This document shows, one piece after another, positions 45,218 through 53,511 of a DNA stretch of 64,000 nt. Under the pieces are notes generated by a model, which saw nothing but the letters and a program-made list of their open reading frames with translations, did no database searches and had not been told where the DNA came from. Each line of letters begins with the position of its first letter. Positions within the stretch are counted from its first letter, which is position 1. Source of the stretch: Elusimicrobiota bacterium (GTDB lineage: Bacteria > Elusimicrobiota > Elusimicrobia > Elusimicrobiales > Elusimicrobiaceae); the NCBI GenBank assembly GCA_029008615.1, contig JAQXJI010000037.1, positions 381-64,380 of the forward strand. Direction: 5' to 3'. A program made the translations under genes and the position numbers.

Positions 45218-47767
45218 ATGAAAATTCATTCTTTCAAAGTAACACCCAACCTGCCGGAAAATATGAAGTTCCTTGAAGAACTTTCCAATAATATGTGGTT
45301 CGCTTGGAACTGGCCGGCTATAACGCTTTTTTTGAGAATAGACGAACAGCTTTGGGAAAAATCCCAAAGAATGCCGAAATGGCTTATGGCTACAGTATCC
45401 CAACAGAGGCTTGAAGAATTAAGCAAAGACCAAGATTTTATAGCCCATCTCAATTTCGTAGAAAAACTTTACAGGGATTATCAAAACAATAAAGACACCT
45501 GGTACAATAAAGTAAAAGACCAAGGCAAGGAAAACTTCCTTACGGCTTATTTCTCTATGGAATACGGCATAGGCGAAGGCCTGCCGATTTATTCCGGCGG
45601 ATTAGGTATGCTTTCCGGCGATCATATCAAAAGCACCAGCGATTTGGGCCTGCCTTTAATCGGCGTAGGCTTGTTCTATCAGAAAGGTTATGTAAAGCAA
45701 GTATTAAATAAAGACGGCTGGCAGGGCGAAGAATACCCGGAAAACGACTGGGCCCATATGTCAGTAGAAGCCGTCCGCAACGAACAGGGCAATAACCTTA
45801 CGGTTGACATTCCCCTCGGCAGAGAAACCGTCAAAGCTATGATTTGGCGCGTACCCGTAGGCAGAACTTCCCTTTATCTGCTTGACACCAACCTCCCGGA
45901 AAACGCCCCCGCACACAGAACCATAACCGAACAGCTTTACGGCGGCGACAGGGAAAACAGAATCAAACAGGAAATCGTTTTGGGCGTCGGCGGCGTAAAA
46001 GCTTTAAAAGCTATGGGTATGAACCCGACGGTTTATCACATTAACGAAGGACATTCGGCTTTCCTGCTCTGCGAACGCATTATAGAAATTATGCAGGATA
46101 AAAAGATATCCTTCAACGAAGCAAAAGAAATAGTTTGGGCCACTTCAGTATTTACCACGCACACCCCGGTAATCGCCGGCAATGAATATTTTGATTTCAA
46201 CCTCGTAAAGAAATTTATGGAGCCTTACGTCGCTCAACTCGGCATAGGGTGGGACGCTTTCCTTGATTTGGGCAAAGAAACCCCGCAGTCGCCGATGTTC
46301 TGTATGACGGTATTCGCTTTAAAGCTTTCCGCCTACTTAAACGGCGTGGCGAAACTGCACGGCGTAGTTTCCAGAGAAATGTGGAAAAATATTTGGACGG
46401 GCCTCAGCACTTCCGAAGTACCAATAACCAGTATTACCAACGGCATACATCCGTCCAGTTGGGTAAGCCACGAATACAGCGAACTTTACCGCAAATATCT
46501 TTTTGACGGCGACGACAGCTTAAACAATTTTGATCAATCCGTATGGAACAAAGTGGAAAATATCCCCGCGGAAGAACTTTGGCAGACGCACAGCATAAGG
46601 AAAGAAAAACTTATCAAGCACATTCGTGAAAAAGCCGTCCGTCAGGCCAACAGGCTTTCGGGCAACGTAAACTTGGCCAGTCAGGCTTCCAAAGTGCTTA
46701 AAGAAGATATCCTTACAATAGGCTTTGCAAGACGTTTCGCCACTTATAAAAGGGCCACTTTGCTTTTTAAAGACCCGGAAAGACTTGCGGCGATAGTCAA
46801 TAATCCGCAAAGGCCGGTGCAGTTTGTTTTCGCCGGTAAAGCGCACCCCGCCGACACCGCCGGGAAAGAATTTATCAAGCAGATTTACAATATGATGCTT
46901 GACCCCAGATTTAAAGGGAAAATCGTCTTCGCCGAAGATTATAATATGAATTTGGCCCGCTATATGGTACAGGGCGTGGACGTATGGCTCAATAACCCCG
47001 TAAGGCCTATGGAAGCTTCCGGCACAAGCGGTATGAAAGCTGCCTTAAACGGCGCTTTGGCCCTTTCCATTTTGGACGGTTGGTGGGACGAAGTCGGCCC
47101 GTGCGATTTCAGCTGGTCCATTATCGGTGCGAAAAGCTATCCAAACGACGAGCAGCGCGACGCAGTGGAATCACAGGCTTTATACAATTTGATTGAAAAC
47201 GAAATTGCCCCCGTCTACTACGACAGGGATCAGGACAATATTCCGCAAAAATGGATTAAGAAGATGAAGACTTCCATAAAAACCATTGTACCGTTCTTCA
47301 ACACCAACAGAATGGTGCAGGAATACTATGACAGGTTCTACACCAAAGCCCATTATTACGGCAATATCTTAAAGACCGAAGGCGCAACCGCCGATTTGGC
47401 CGCCTGGAGGCAAAGAATAGCCGCGAACTGGTCAAGAGTATCCATTGTGGACGTAACCGGCAATATCGACAGAACCGTACTCGTCGGCGAAACTTTAAAA
47501 TTCAAGGCGCGCGTAACACTCGGCGATTTAAGGCCGGAAGATGTTGTAGTTCAAACGCAGTTCGGGCTGCGCTCTTTGGGCGGCGGCTTTGACAGCGCAA
47601 AAGACTTCAGTATGAATATGGTCGGCAAAGAAGGCGACGTTTATTTGTATGAAGTTGAAATCCACCCCGAAACCAGTGGCAGGCAGGATTACGCGATGAG
47701 GATTTTGCCTTTCAATAAGGCTCTTCCGCATCCCTTTACGCCTATCTATGTAAGGTGGGAGATGTAA
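45218..47767 (+). CDS. glgP: alpha-glucan (glycogen/maltodextrin) phosphorylase, GT35
   Basis: N-terminal DUF3417-like region, GGLGMLSGDH, and the PLP-lysine motif EASGTSGMKAALNG. Start trimmed to the ATG at 45218, preceded by AGGGAG. Confidence 0.9.
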   Translation: MKIHSFKVTPNLPENMKFLEELSNNMWFAWNWPAITLFLRIDEQLWEKSQRMPKWLMATVSQQRLEELSKDQDFIAHLNFVEKLYRDYQNNKDTWYNKVKDQGKENFLTAYFSMEYGIGEGLPIYSGGLGMLSGDHIKSTSDLGLPLIGVGLFYQKGYVKQVLNKDGWQGEEYPENDWAHMSVEAVRNEQGNNLTVDIPLGRETVKAMIWRVPVGRTSLYLLDTNLPENAPAHRTITEQLYGGDRENRIKQEIVLGVGGVKALKAMGMNPTVYHINEGHSAFLLCERIIEIMQDKKISFNEAKEIVWATSVFTTHTPVIAGNEYFDFNLVKKFMEPYVAQLGIGWDAFLDLGKETPQSPMFCMTVFALKLSAYLNGVAKLHGVVSREMWKNIWTGLSTSEVPITSITNGIHPSSWVSHEYSELYRKYLFDGDDSLNNFDQSVWNKVENIPAEELWQTHSIRKEKLIKHIREKAVRQANRLSGNVNLASQASKVLKEDILTIGFARRFATYKRATLLFKDPERLAAIVNNPQRPVQFVFAGKAHPADTAGKEFIKQIYNMMLDPRFKGKIVFAEDYNMNLARYMVQGVDVWLNNPVRPMEASGTSGMKAALNGALALSILDGWWDEVGPCDFSWSIIGAKSYPNDEQRDAVESQALYNLIENEIAPVYYDRDQDNIPQKWIKKMKTSIKTIVPFFNTNRMVQEYYDRFYTKAHYYGNILKTEGATADLAAWRQRIAANWSRVSIVDVTGNIDRTVLVGETLKFKARVTLGDLRPEDVVVQTQFGLRSLGGGFDSAKDFSMNMVGKEGDVYLYEVEIHPETSGRQDYAMRILPFNKALPHPFTPIYVRWEM

Positions 47768-48018
47768 TAAGGAGAGTAAAGAAGTAAAATAAACCGCTAA
47801 AAAGGTTTATCAAAAATTTATCTGTTTTTGGGATCCGAAAGGAACTCTTTTGCAAGCAAAAGACGAATCTCCCCAAAAGCAGTCATTTTAGACGCGAAGC
47901 AAAAAGGAGTAATTAACCGGTTTGCTTCGCGTTAATGTTAGCTTTAACACAGAAAGCCAACTACGGCTGTTTTATTTTATGAGGGTGATTCGTCATAAAA
48001 TACTTTCAGCCGTTTTTT
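47768..48018 (+). ncRNA. candidate structured RNA or long structured 3' UTR (class unknown)
   Basis: No ORF of 60 aa or more. Contains a perfect 12-bp hairpin (47892..47903 with 47921..47932, 17-nt loop) and smaller hairpins, and ends in a long intrinsic terminator. Confidence 0.3.
47964..48018 (+). terminator. long intrinsic terminator
   Basis: Outer stem cggctg (47964..47969) with cagccg (48007..48012). Inner stem attttatga (47974..47982) with tcataaaat (47993..48001). Followed by tttttt (48013..48018). Confidence 0.65.
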
Positions 48019-48083
48019 ATATATGAAATTTTTATAAATTTCTCTGCATTGCCGGGAAGATAAAAGTTTCATAAAATTATTCT

Positions 48084-48539
48084 ATGATGAATATAGTTCT
48101 TATCAACCCGGAAATACCTTTTAATACCGGCAATATAGGCAGAACTTGCGTCGCAACCAATTCCCATTTACATTTGGTTGGTAAATTGGGGTTTAAAATA
48201 GAAGATAAAGAAATAAGAAGAAGCGGGCTTGATTACTGGCCGAAGCTTAAATATACGCGATATGCAACTTTTGCTGAGTTTAAAAATTCACTCCCGGAAG
48301 GTGCAAGGTTGTTTTTCTTTTCCACAAAAGGGGAAAAGTGCCTTTGGGATATAAAATTCCAAAAGAATGATTATTTGGCTTTCGGAAGCGAATCCTGCGG
48401 CTTGCCCAAACAACTTTATAAAGAATATAAAGATTCCCTTTACCAAATCCCTATGCCGGGCGAAGTGCGCTCTTTAAATTTATCCACTTCCGCCGCCGTA
48501 TGCCTTTACGAAGCTCTGCGCCAAACCAAGGATTTTTAA
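48084..48539 (+). CDS. trmL: SpoU/TrmL-family tRNA 2'-O-methyltransferase
   Basis: About 150 aa SPOUT fold. Motifs NTGNIGRTC, LAFGSESCGLP and SLNLSTSAAVCLYE. Confidence 0.85.
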   Translation: MMNIVLINPEIPFNTGNIGRTCVATNSHLHLVGKLGFKIEDKEIRRSGLDYWPKLKYTRYATFAEFKNSLPEGARLFFFSTKGEKCLWDIKFQKNDYLAFGSESCGLPKQLYKEYKDSLYQIPMPGEVRSLNLSTSAAVCLYEALRQTKDF

Positions 48540-49738
48540 TGAACCCCAAAAGCGTATTTGTACTGCTTTTCTCGCTTAATCTGCTTAATTATATAGACAG
48601 ACAAATACTCTTTTCCGTATTTCCGCTTATAAAAGCGGATCTTAATCTTTCCGACGCACAACTGGGCGTGTTGGCTTCCGCTTTTATGTTTGTTTATATG
48701 CTGGCCGCGCCGTTTGTGGGCTTTATAGCCGACAGAAGCCCAAGGCAATATGTAGTTTCCGTATGCGCCTTTTTGTGGAGCTCGGCCACGATGCTTTCCG
48801 GCGCGGCCGGAAATTATTTTCATCTTTTTGCAGCTCGCAGTTTTATCGGTATAGGCGAAGCCGGTTTTACAAGTGTATCTCCCTCATTTTTGGCGGAAAG
48901 ATTCCCCCCTGAAAAAAGGGCCCGCGTTTTGGCCGCTTTCGGTTTGGCTTTACCGGCAGGCAGTGCTCTTGGGTATTTGCTCGGCGGCTTTTTGGGGCTT
49001 CACTTCGGTTGGAGAAGCGCATTTTTTATAGTCGGTCTTCCCGGGGCTTTTGCGGCGGCTTATGCCGCTTTCAAGCTTAAAGACAAAAGGAATTTCAGCA
49101 TAACAAACAACGGCCCGAAAATCTTAAACTATTTAGCTTTGCTTAAGAATAAACCCTTTTTGTTTGTATGTTTGGCGCAGGCGATGGGCACTTTTACTTT
49201 GGGCGGCCTAGCCGCTTGGATACCGACTTATATGCACAGATATTTTGATTTTTCCGTCGCGCAGGCCGGAACGGTATTCGGAGCACTGACGATTACGGCA
49301 GGGGCCGCCGGGACTTTTCTGGGCGGATTTATTGCGGATAAACTTTTAAAGAAAACAAAAAAAGCTTATTATTTTGTTTCGGCCGCGAGCTTTATAGCCG
49401 CTCTTCCGTTCGGCATTGCCGGCGCATTGTGCGCGGATTCCAAAATTGCCCTGATTTTATTTGCGGCGGCGATAATGCTTGTTTTTATGCAAACCGGCCC
49501 GTTAAACGCCGCCATAGTAAACCTGACGGACGTTAAAATCCGCTCTATGGCATTTGCCGTAAATATTTTTATAATTCACGCACTCGGAGACGCAATATCT
49601 CCCGCATTGGTGGGCGGCACTTCCGATATGTTCAGCCTTAAAACGGCTGTGGCGGCGGCAATGTTTTTTGTATTGCCCGCCGCATTATTCTGCGCGGCCG
49701 CGGCCAAAGCCGATAAAGCTGCGATAAGCAGCGTTTAA
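48539..49738 (+). CDS. MFS transporter (Spinster-like)
   Basis: 12 TM helices, with N-terminal LLNYIDRQILFSVFPLIKADLNLSD and GFIADR motifs. Start at 48539 forms a TAATG overlap with the trmL stop. Confidence 0.8.
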   Translation: MNPKSVFVLLFSLNLLNYIDRQILFSVFPLIKADLNLSDAQLGVLASAFMFVYMLAAPFVGFIADRSPRQYVVSVCAFLWSSATMLSGAAGNYFHLFAARSFIGIGEAGFTSVSPSFLAERFPPEKRARVLAAFGLALPAGSALGYLLGGFLGLHFGWRSAFFIVGLPGAFAAAYAAFKLKDKRNFSITNNGPKILNYLALLKNKPFLFVCLAQAMGTFTLGGLAAWIPTYMHRYFDFSVAQAGTVFGALTITAGAAGTFLGGFIADKLLKKTKKAYYFVSAASFIAALPFGIAGALCADSKIALILFAAAIMLVFMQTGPLNAAIVNLTDVKIRSMAFAVNIFIIHALGDAISPALVGGTSDMFSLKTAVAAAMFFVLPAALFCAAAAKADKAAISSV

Positions 49739-49748
49739 AATCAAAAGG

Positions 49749-49777
49749 TTGAAATATAAGAGCTAATTTGATATTAT
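49749..49777 (+). promoter_or_regulatory. candidate sigma70-type promoter upstream of tRNA-Phe
   Basis: TTGAAA (49749..49754), a 17-nt spacer, then TATTAT (49772..49777). This implies a ~108-nt leader before the tRNA, so the assignment is tentative. Confidence 0.3.
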
Positions 49778-49891
49778 AAATAAAGTAGCAGAAAGAAGTA
49801 ACAGATTTTACAGATTTTTTCGCGATTTGTTTTTTGTTTAATGCACCGTTGAACGAGCAGCCGGATATAAACAAAAAATGAACGAAAAGAT

Positions 49892-49963
49892 GCCGAGGTA
49901 GCTCAGTGGTAGAGCACCGGTCTGAAAAACCGGGTGTCGACAGTTCGATCCTGTCCCTCGGCA
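49892..49963 (+). tRNA. tRNA-Phe (anticodon GAA)
   Basis: Hand-folded cloverleaf. Acceptor GCCGAGG/CCTCGGC, D-arm GCTC-AGTGGTA-GAGC, anticodon arm CCGGT-CTGAAAA-ACCGG, T-arm GACAG-TTCGATC-CTGTC. CCA is not encoded. Confidence 0.9.
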
Positions 49964-49982
49964 TATTTCATTTATACGGAAG

Positions 49983-50010
49983 CCCCTTCTTGATAAGGAG
50001 GGGTTTTTCA
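49983..50010 (+). terminator. intrinsic terminator after tRNA-Phe
   Basis: ccccttc-ttgataa-ggagggg (one G-U pair), followed by ttttt. Confidence 0.55.
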
Positions 50011-50043
50011 TTTTTACGGCAAGAAGTAAGGCCCCCTTAATCA

Positions 50044-50073
50044 TTGCTTTGGTGCCGAAAAAAGATTTATACT
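50044..50073 (+). promoter_or_regulatory. candidate sigma70-type promoter for the 2-oxoacid:ferredoxin oxidoreductase operon
   Basis: TTGCTT (50044..50049), an 18-nt spacer, then TATACT (50068..50073). AAGGAGG RBS at 50087..50093. Confidence 0.35.
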
Positions 50074-50097
50074 AGTATGTAGGACTAAGGAGGTATT

Positions 50098-50301
50098 ATG
50101 CCTAAAATAGAAGTCAATGAAATGCGCTGTAAGGGCTGCAAACTTTGCACCAAAGCCTGCCCCAAGCAATGCATTGAAATGTCTGATACTTTCAGCAAGA
50201 CGGGATATTACCCCGCCAAACTCGCCAAACCGGAATCTTGTATCGGCTGTGGTATGTGTTATATGGTATGCCCGGATTTGGCTATAACCGTTTACAGATA
50301 A
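50098..50301 (+). CDS. 2-oxoacid:ferredoxin oxidoreductase delta subunit (2x[4Fe-4S] ferredoxin)
   Basis: Two motifs, CKGCKLCTKACP and CIGCGMCYMVCP. Confidence 0.9.
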   Translation: MPKIEVNEMRCKGCKLCTKACPKQCIEMSDTFSKTGYYPAKLAKPESCIGCGMCYMVCPDLAITVYR

Positions 50302-50312
50302 GAGGTTCAAAA

Positions 50313-51476
50313 ATGGCAGATAAAGTTTTAATGAAAGGCAATGAGGCCCTCGCCGAAGGCGCGATAAGGGCCGGGTGCAGATTTTTTGCGGGTTACCCCA
50401 TAACCCCCCAAAACGAAGTCCCGGAATATATGTCCTGGCGTCAGGAAGAAGTCGGCGGGGCTTTCGTACAGGCGGAAAGCGAAGTTTCCGCAATTAATAT
50501 GGTTTACGGCGCGGCCGCAACCGGCGTAAGGGCAATGACGTCCTCCTCAAGCCCCGGCGTCAGTTTAAAACAGGAAGGTATTTCATATATGGCCGGCGCG
50601 GATCTGCCCTGCCTTATAGTAAACGTGATGAGAGGCGGCCCCGGCTTGGGCAATATAGCCGGAGCGCAAGGCGATTATATCCAAGCCACCAGAGGCGGCG
50701 GCAACGGCGATTACAGAGTATTGGTTTTGGCCCCGAACAGCGTGGAAGAATTGGGCAACTTCCCTAAATTGGCTTTTGAACTTTCCGAAAAATACCGCAT
50801 ACCGGCAATGATTTTGGCCGACGGGATTTTAGGGCAGATGATGGAAGGAATGAGTTATAACTTTGACCCCATTGACCCTAAAACCCTGCCCGCAAAACCT
50901 TGGGCCATCGGGGTAAACGACGGCACAAGAGGAAAGAATATGATATCCTCCTACGGGTTGGCCGAAGGCGAACTTGAAAAAATGATTTTAAAACGCGCAG
51001 AACGCTACGCTTTGGTTGAGCGCGACGAAGTGCGCTGCGAAGAAAGATTTACCGAAGACGCCGACGTTATCATAGTGGCTTACGGCATAAGCTCCCGCGC
51101 GTCAATGGCGGCGGTAAACGCTTTAAGAGCCGAAGGCATAAAAGCCGGTCTTTTCAGACCGATAACTTTATGGCCGTTCCCGTCCAAAAGATTGGCGGAA
51201 CTCGCCAAAAGCTGCAAAGCGATGCTCTGCGCCGAAATGAGCCTTGGCCAAATGATTTTGGACGTAAGGCTTGCGGTTGAAGGCAAAGTTCCCGTACATC
51301 TTTACGCAAAACCGGGGGCTTTCTTCCCGGTGGCGGAAGATATAGCTACGGCGGTAAAATCCATACTTACCGGCAAAAAAGATTTTCTGTTCAGCCTGGC
51401 AGACTTGGCCGACAAGGCGGAAAACACTTGCCATAAACCGGAAAATAAAATTTGCAAGGAGGGAACTTTATTATGA
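50313..51476 (+). CDS. 2-oxoacid:ferredoxin oxidoreductase alpha subunit
   Basis: KGNEALAEGAIRAGC..FAGYPITPQ N-terminus typical of OFOR alpha. Start trimmed to the ATG at 50313. Confidence 0.9.
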   Translation: MADKVLMKGNEALAEGAIRAGCRFFAGYPITPQNEVPEYMSWRQEEVGGAFVQAESEVSAINMVYGAAATGVRAMTSSSSPGVSLKQEGISYMAGADLPCLIVNVMRGGPGLGNIAGAQGDYIQATRGGGNGDYRVLVLAPNSVEELGNFPKLAFELSEKYRIPAMILADGILGQMMEGMSYNFDPIDPKTLPAKPWAIGVNDGTRGKNMISSYGLAEGELEKMILKRAERYALVERDEVRCEERFTEDADVIIVAYGISSRASMAAVNALRAEGIKAGLFRPITLWPFPSKRLAELAKSCKAMLCAEMSLGQMILDVRLAVEGKVPVHLYAKPGAFFPVAEDIATAVKSILTGKKDFLFSLADLADKAENTCHKPENKICKEGTLL

Positions 51477-52228
51477 ATCCAGTAACAAAAAGGCCGGAAT
51501 CCCTCGTAGACATTCCTACCCATTACTGTCCCGGCTGCGGACACAGCGTAGTGCACCGCCTTATAGCCGAAGCTATGGACGAGCTTGATATCCGCAAAAG
51601 AACAATTTGTATAGCCCCCGTGGGCTGCGCTGTATTCGCAGATAAATATTTTAACTGCGACGCCATACAAGGCCCGCACGGCAGAGGCCCCGCAATGGCT
51701 ACCGGCATTAAACGCTCAAGGCCGGATTCGATAGTATTTTCCTATCAGGGCGACGGCGATTTGGCTTCCATAGGTATGGCCGAAATCGTACACGCCGCCG
51801 CAAGGGGCGAAAATATTACCGTAATATTTATCAACAACACTATTTACGGTATGACTGGCGGACAAATGGCCCCTACGACTTTGGTAGGCCAAGTTGCCAC
51901 CACCGCCCCCAAAGGCAGAAACGAAAAGTTGCAAGGCAACCCGATAAACGTATCGGAAATGCTCAGCCAGCTTAAAAGCGCTAAGTATATTGAAAGAGTG
52001 TCGGTAGATACACCGCAAAACGTAATGAAAGCAAAAAAAGCCATTAAAAAAGCTTTCCAGAACCAGATTGACGGCGTAGGCTTTTCCTTCATAGAAGTTC
52101 TTTCGATATGCCCTACGAACTGGGGCGTCGACCCGATAAAAGCCCTGGACTTTTTAAGAAACAAAATGATGCCGCAATATCCTTTAGGCGTATTTAAAGA
52201 CGAAGGCAAAAAAGAGGAGGGCAAATAA
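51473..52228 (+). CDS. 2-oxoacid:ferredoxin oxidoreductase beta subunit (TPP-binding)
   Basis: YCPGCGH and the TPP motif GDGD...NN.IYGMTGGQ. ATGA overlap with the alpha subunit stop. Confidence 0.9.
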   Translation: MNPVTKRPESLVDIPTHYCPGCGHSVVHRLIAEAMDELDIRKRTICIAPVGCAVFADKYFNCDAIQGPHGRGPAMATGIKRSRPDSIVFSYQGDGDLASIGMAEIVHAAARGENITVIFINNTIYGMTGGQMAPTTLVGQVATTAPKGRNEKLQGNPINVSEMLSQLKSAKYIERVSVDTPQNVMKAKKAIKKAFQNQIDGVGFSFIEVLSICPTNWGVDPIKALDFLRNKMMPQYPLGVFKDEGKKEEGK

Positions 52229-52229
52229 T

Positions 52230-52769
52230 ATGTATCAAGGTGTAAGAATAGCCGGTTTCGGCGGACAGGGCGTAGTTTCCGCCGGAGTATTATTGGCCCA
52301 AGCAGGGCTTGTGGAAGGCAAAGCGGTAAGCTGGTTCCCTTCCTACGGGCCGGAAATGAGGGGCGGTACTGCGAATTGCTCGGTTGTAATTTCCGACACG
52401 GAAGTGGCAACCCCGGTAGTTTGCGTACCCGATACCGCAATCGTAATGAACGAACCTTCTCTGCCTAAGTTTGAACCTATGCTCAAAAGCGGCGGACTTT
52501 TGATAATAAACAGTTCTCTTATCAAAAGCAAACCGACCAGAAAAGACCTTAAAGTGATTTACGTCCCCTGCAATGAAATCGCGGAGGAAGTGGGATCCGC
52601 CAGGACTTCCACTTTGGTGGCTTTGGGCGCCTTTGCCGGAGCTACCGGTGCGGTAAGTTTGGACGCGATAGAAAACGCGATGAAGAAGGTTTTTAAGCGC
52701 GCCAAACCCGAAATGATTGCACTTAACAGAAAAGCATTGGAAGCGGGCGCAAAGCTTAAAGCCGAATAA
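52230..52769 (+). CDS. 2-oxoacid:ferredoxin oxidoreductase gamma subunit
   Basis: GFGGQGVVSAG..L and PSYGPEMRGG motifs. The D-A-B-C gene order matches Helicobacter OorDABC. Substrate cannot be assigned from sequence by eye. Confidence 0.88.
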   Translation: MYQGVRIAGFGGQGVVSAGVLLAQAGLVEGKAVSWFPSYGPEMRGGTANCSVVISDTEVATPVVCVPDTAIVMNEPSLPKFEPMLKSGGLLIINSSLIKSKPTRKDLKVIYVPCNEIAEEVGSARTSTLVALGAFAGATGAVSLDAIENAMKKVFKRAKPEMIALNRKALEAGAKLKAE

Positions 52770-52793
52770 GTGCAAAACAAACGATATACGAAA

Positions 52794-52826
52794 AACCCCG
52801 GGCCTAAAAACCCGGGGCTTTTTTGT
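52794..52826 (+). terminator. intrinsic terminator after the OFOR operon
   Basis: ccccggg-cctaaaaa-cccgggg, followed by c and tttttt. Confidence 0.7.
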
Positions 52827-52830
52827 ATAA

Positions 52831-52858
52831 AGAAAACCCCCGGTTTTCGCCGGGGGCT
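52831..52858 (-). terminator. intrinsic terminator after the Sel1-repeat gene
   Basis: cccccgg (52837..52843) with ccggggg (52850..52856). The minus-strand reading is followed by ttttcttt. Confidence 0.6.
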
Positions 52859-52875
52859 TGATGAAGAAATTATTT

Positions 52876-53442
52876 TTATTTCTTGGAAGTTTTCTTCTTT
52901 GCGCTTTTGGACGTATCTTTCTTTACGGAATCTGAATCAAGTTTGGCTAAAAGTTCTTTGGCTTTGGCATTGTCCTGATCGGCATAAGCTTTAACCCAGC
53001 CAAAAAGTTCTTCCTTATTTAAAACTTCGGTCTTCTCTCCGTTTAAAAACATCTCGGCTAATTTAAATCTTGCGGAAGTAAAACCTTTTTCGGCCGAAGA
53101 GCGAAGATATTTAAAAGCTTCTTCGGAGTTTTGGTTTAAGTGTATTCCGTTTTCATACATTTCCGAAATAAAATAGTCCGCCTCGCCGGAGCCGTTGTCG
53201 GAAGCTTTTTTAAACCAAGTATAAGCGGCATTGTGATTTCTGCCTATCGTACCTGTGTAGAAAAGCACTCCCAAATAAGCCTGAGCGTTTGTATCGCCGG
53301 AAGAAGCTTTATCAAAAATTTCCTGCATTGCGGGCCTTTCGTCCGCAGGTATGTCCTTGGCGAAGTCCGCGCCGTCATTCTTGCAGCAGCCGACGGCGGC
53401 TAAAGCCAAAACAACAACAAAAAGTTTTGTAAACATTCTCAT
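52876..53442 (-). CDS. secreted Sel1-like repeat (SLR/TPR) protein
   Basis: Signal peptide with Cys (AAVGCC). Sel1-type repeats (AQAYLGVLFYTG, EADYFISEMYENG, ARFKLAEMFLNG) and a Lys-rich C-terminal tail. Confidence 0.75.
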   Translation of the reverse strand: MRMFTKLFVVVLALAAVGCCKNDGADFAKDIPADERPAMQEIFDKASSGDTNAQAYLGVLFYTGTIGRNHNAAYTWFKKASDNGSGEADYFISEMYENGIHLNQNSEEAFKYLRSSAEKGFTSARFKLAEMFLNGEKTEVLNKEELFGWVKAYADQDNAKAKELLAKLDSDSVKKDTSKSAKKKTSKK

Positions 53443-53511
53443 TTATTTCCTCCGAAATTTCCCAATATATAAAATATTAGCAAATTTAATTATATAAAAA
53501 TCAAATTCGCC

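Noticed and set aside
47862-47994. Treating the 8-nt complementarity between 47862..47869 and the terminator loop as firm evidence of a riboswitch-type anti-terminator.
   Set aside because: My rough estimate is that an 8-nt complementary pair somewhere within a ~250-nt region is about as likely as not by chance. It is kept only as a hypothesis inside the RNA finding.
47935-48026. Two 15-codon mini-ORFs (ATG at 47935 and at 47979) in the glgP-trmL gap as possible leader peptides.
   Set aside because: Neither has a Shine-Dalgarno sequence at a suitable distance. Both are buried in predicted stems, and there is no codon pattern suggestive of attenuation.
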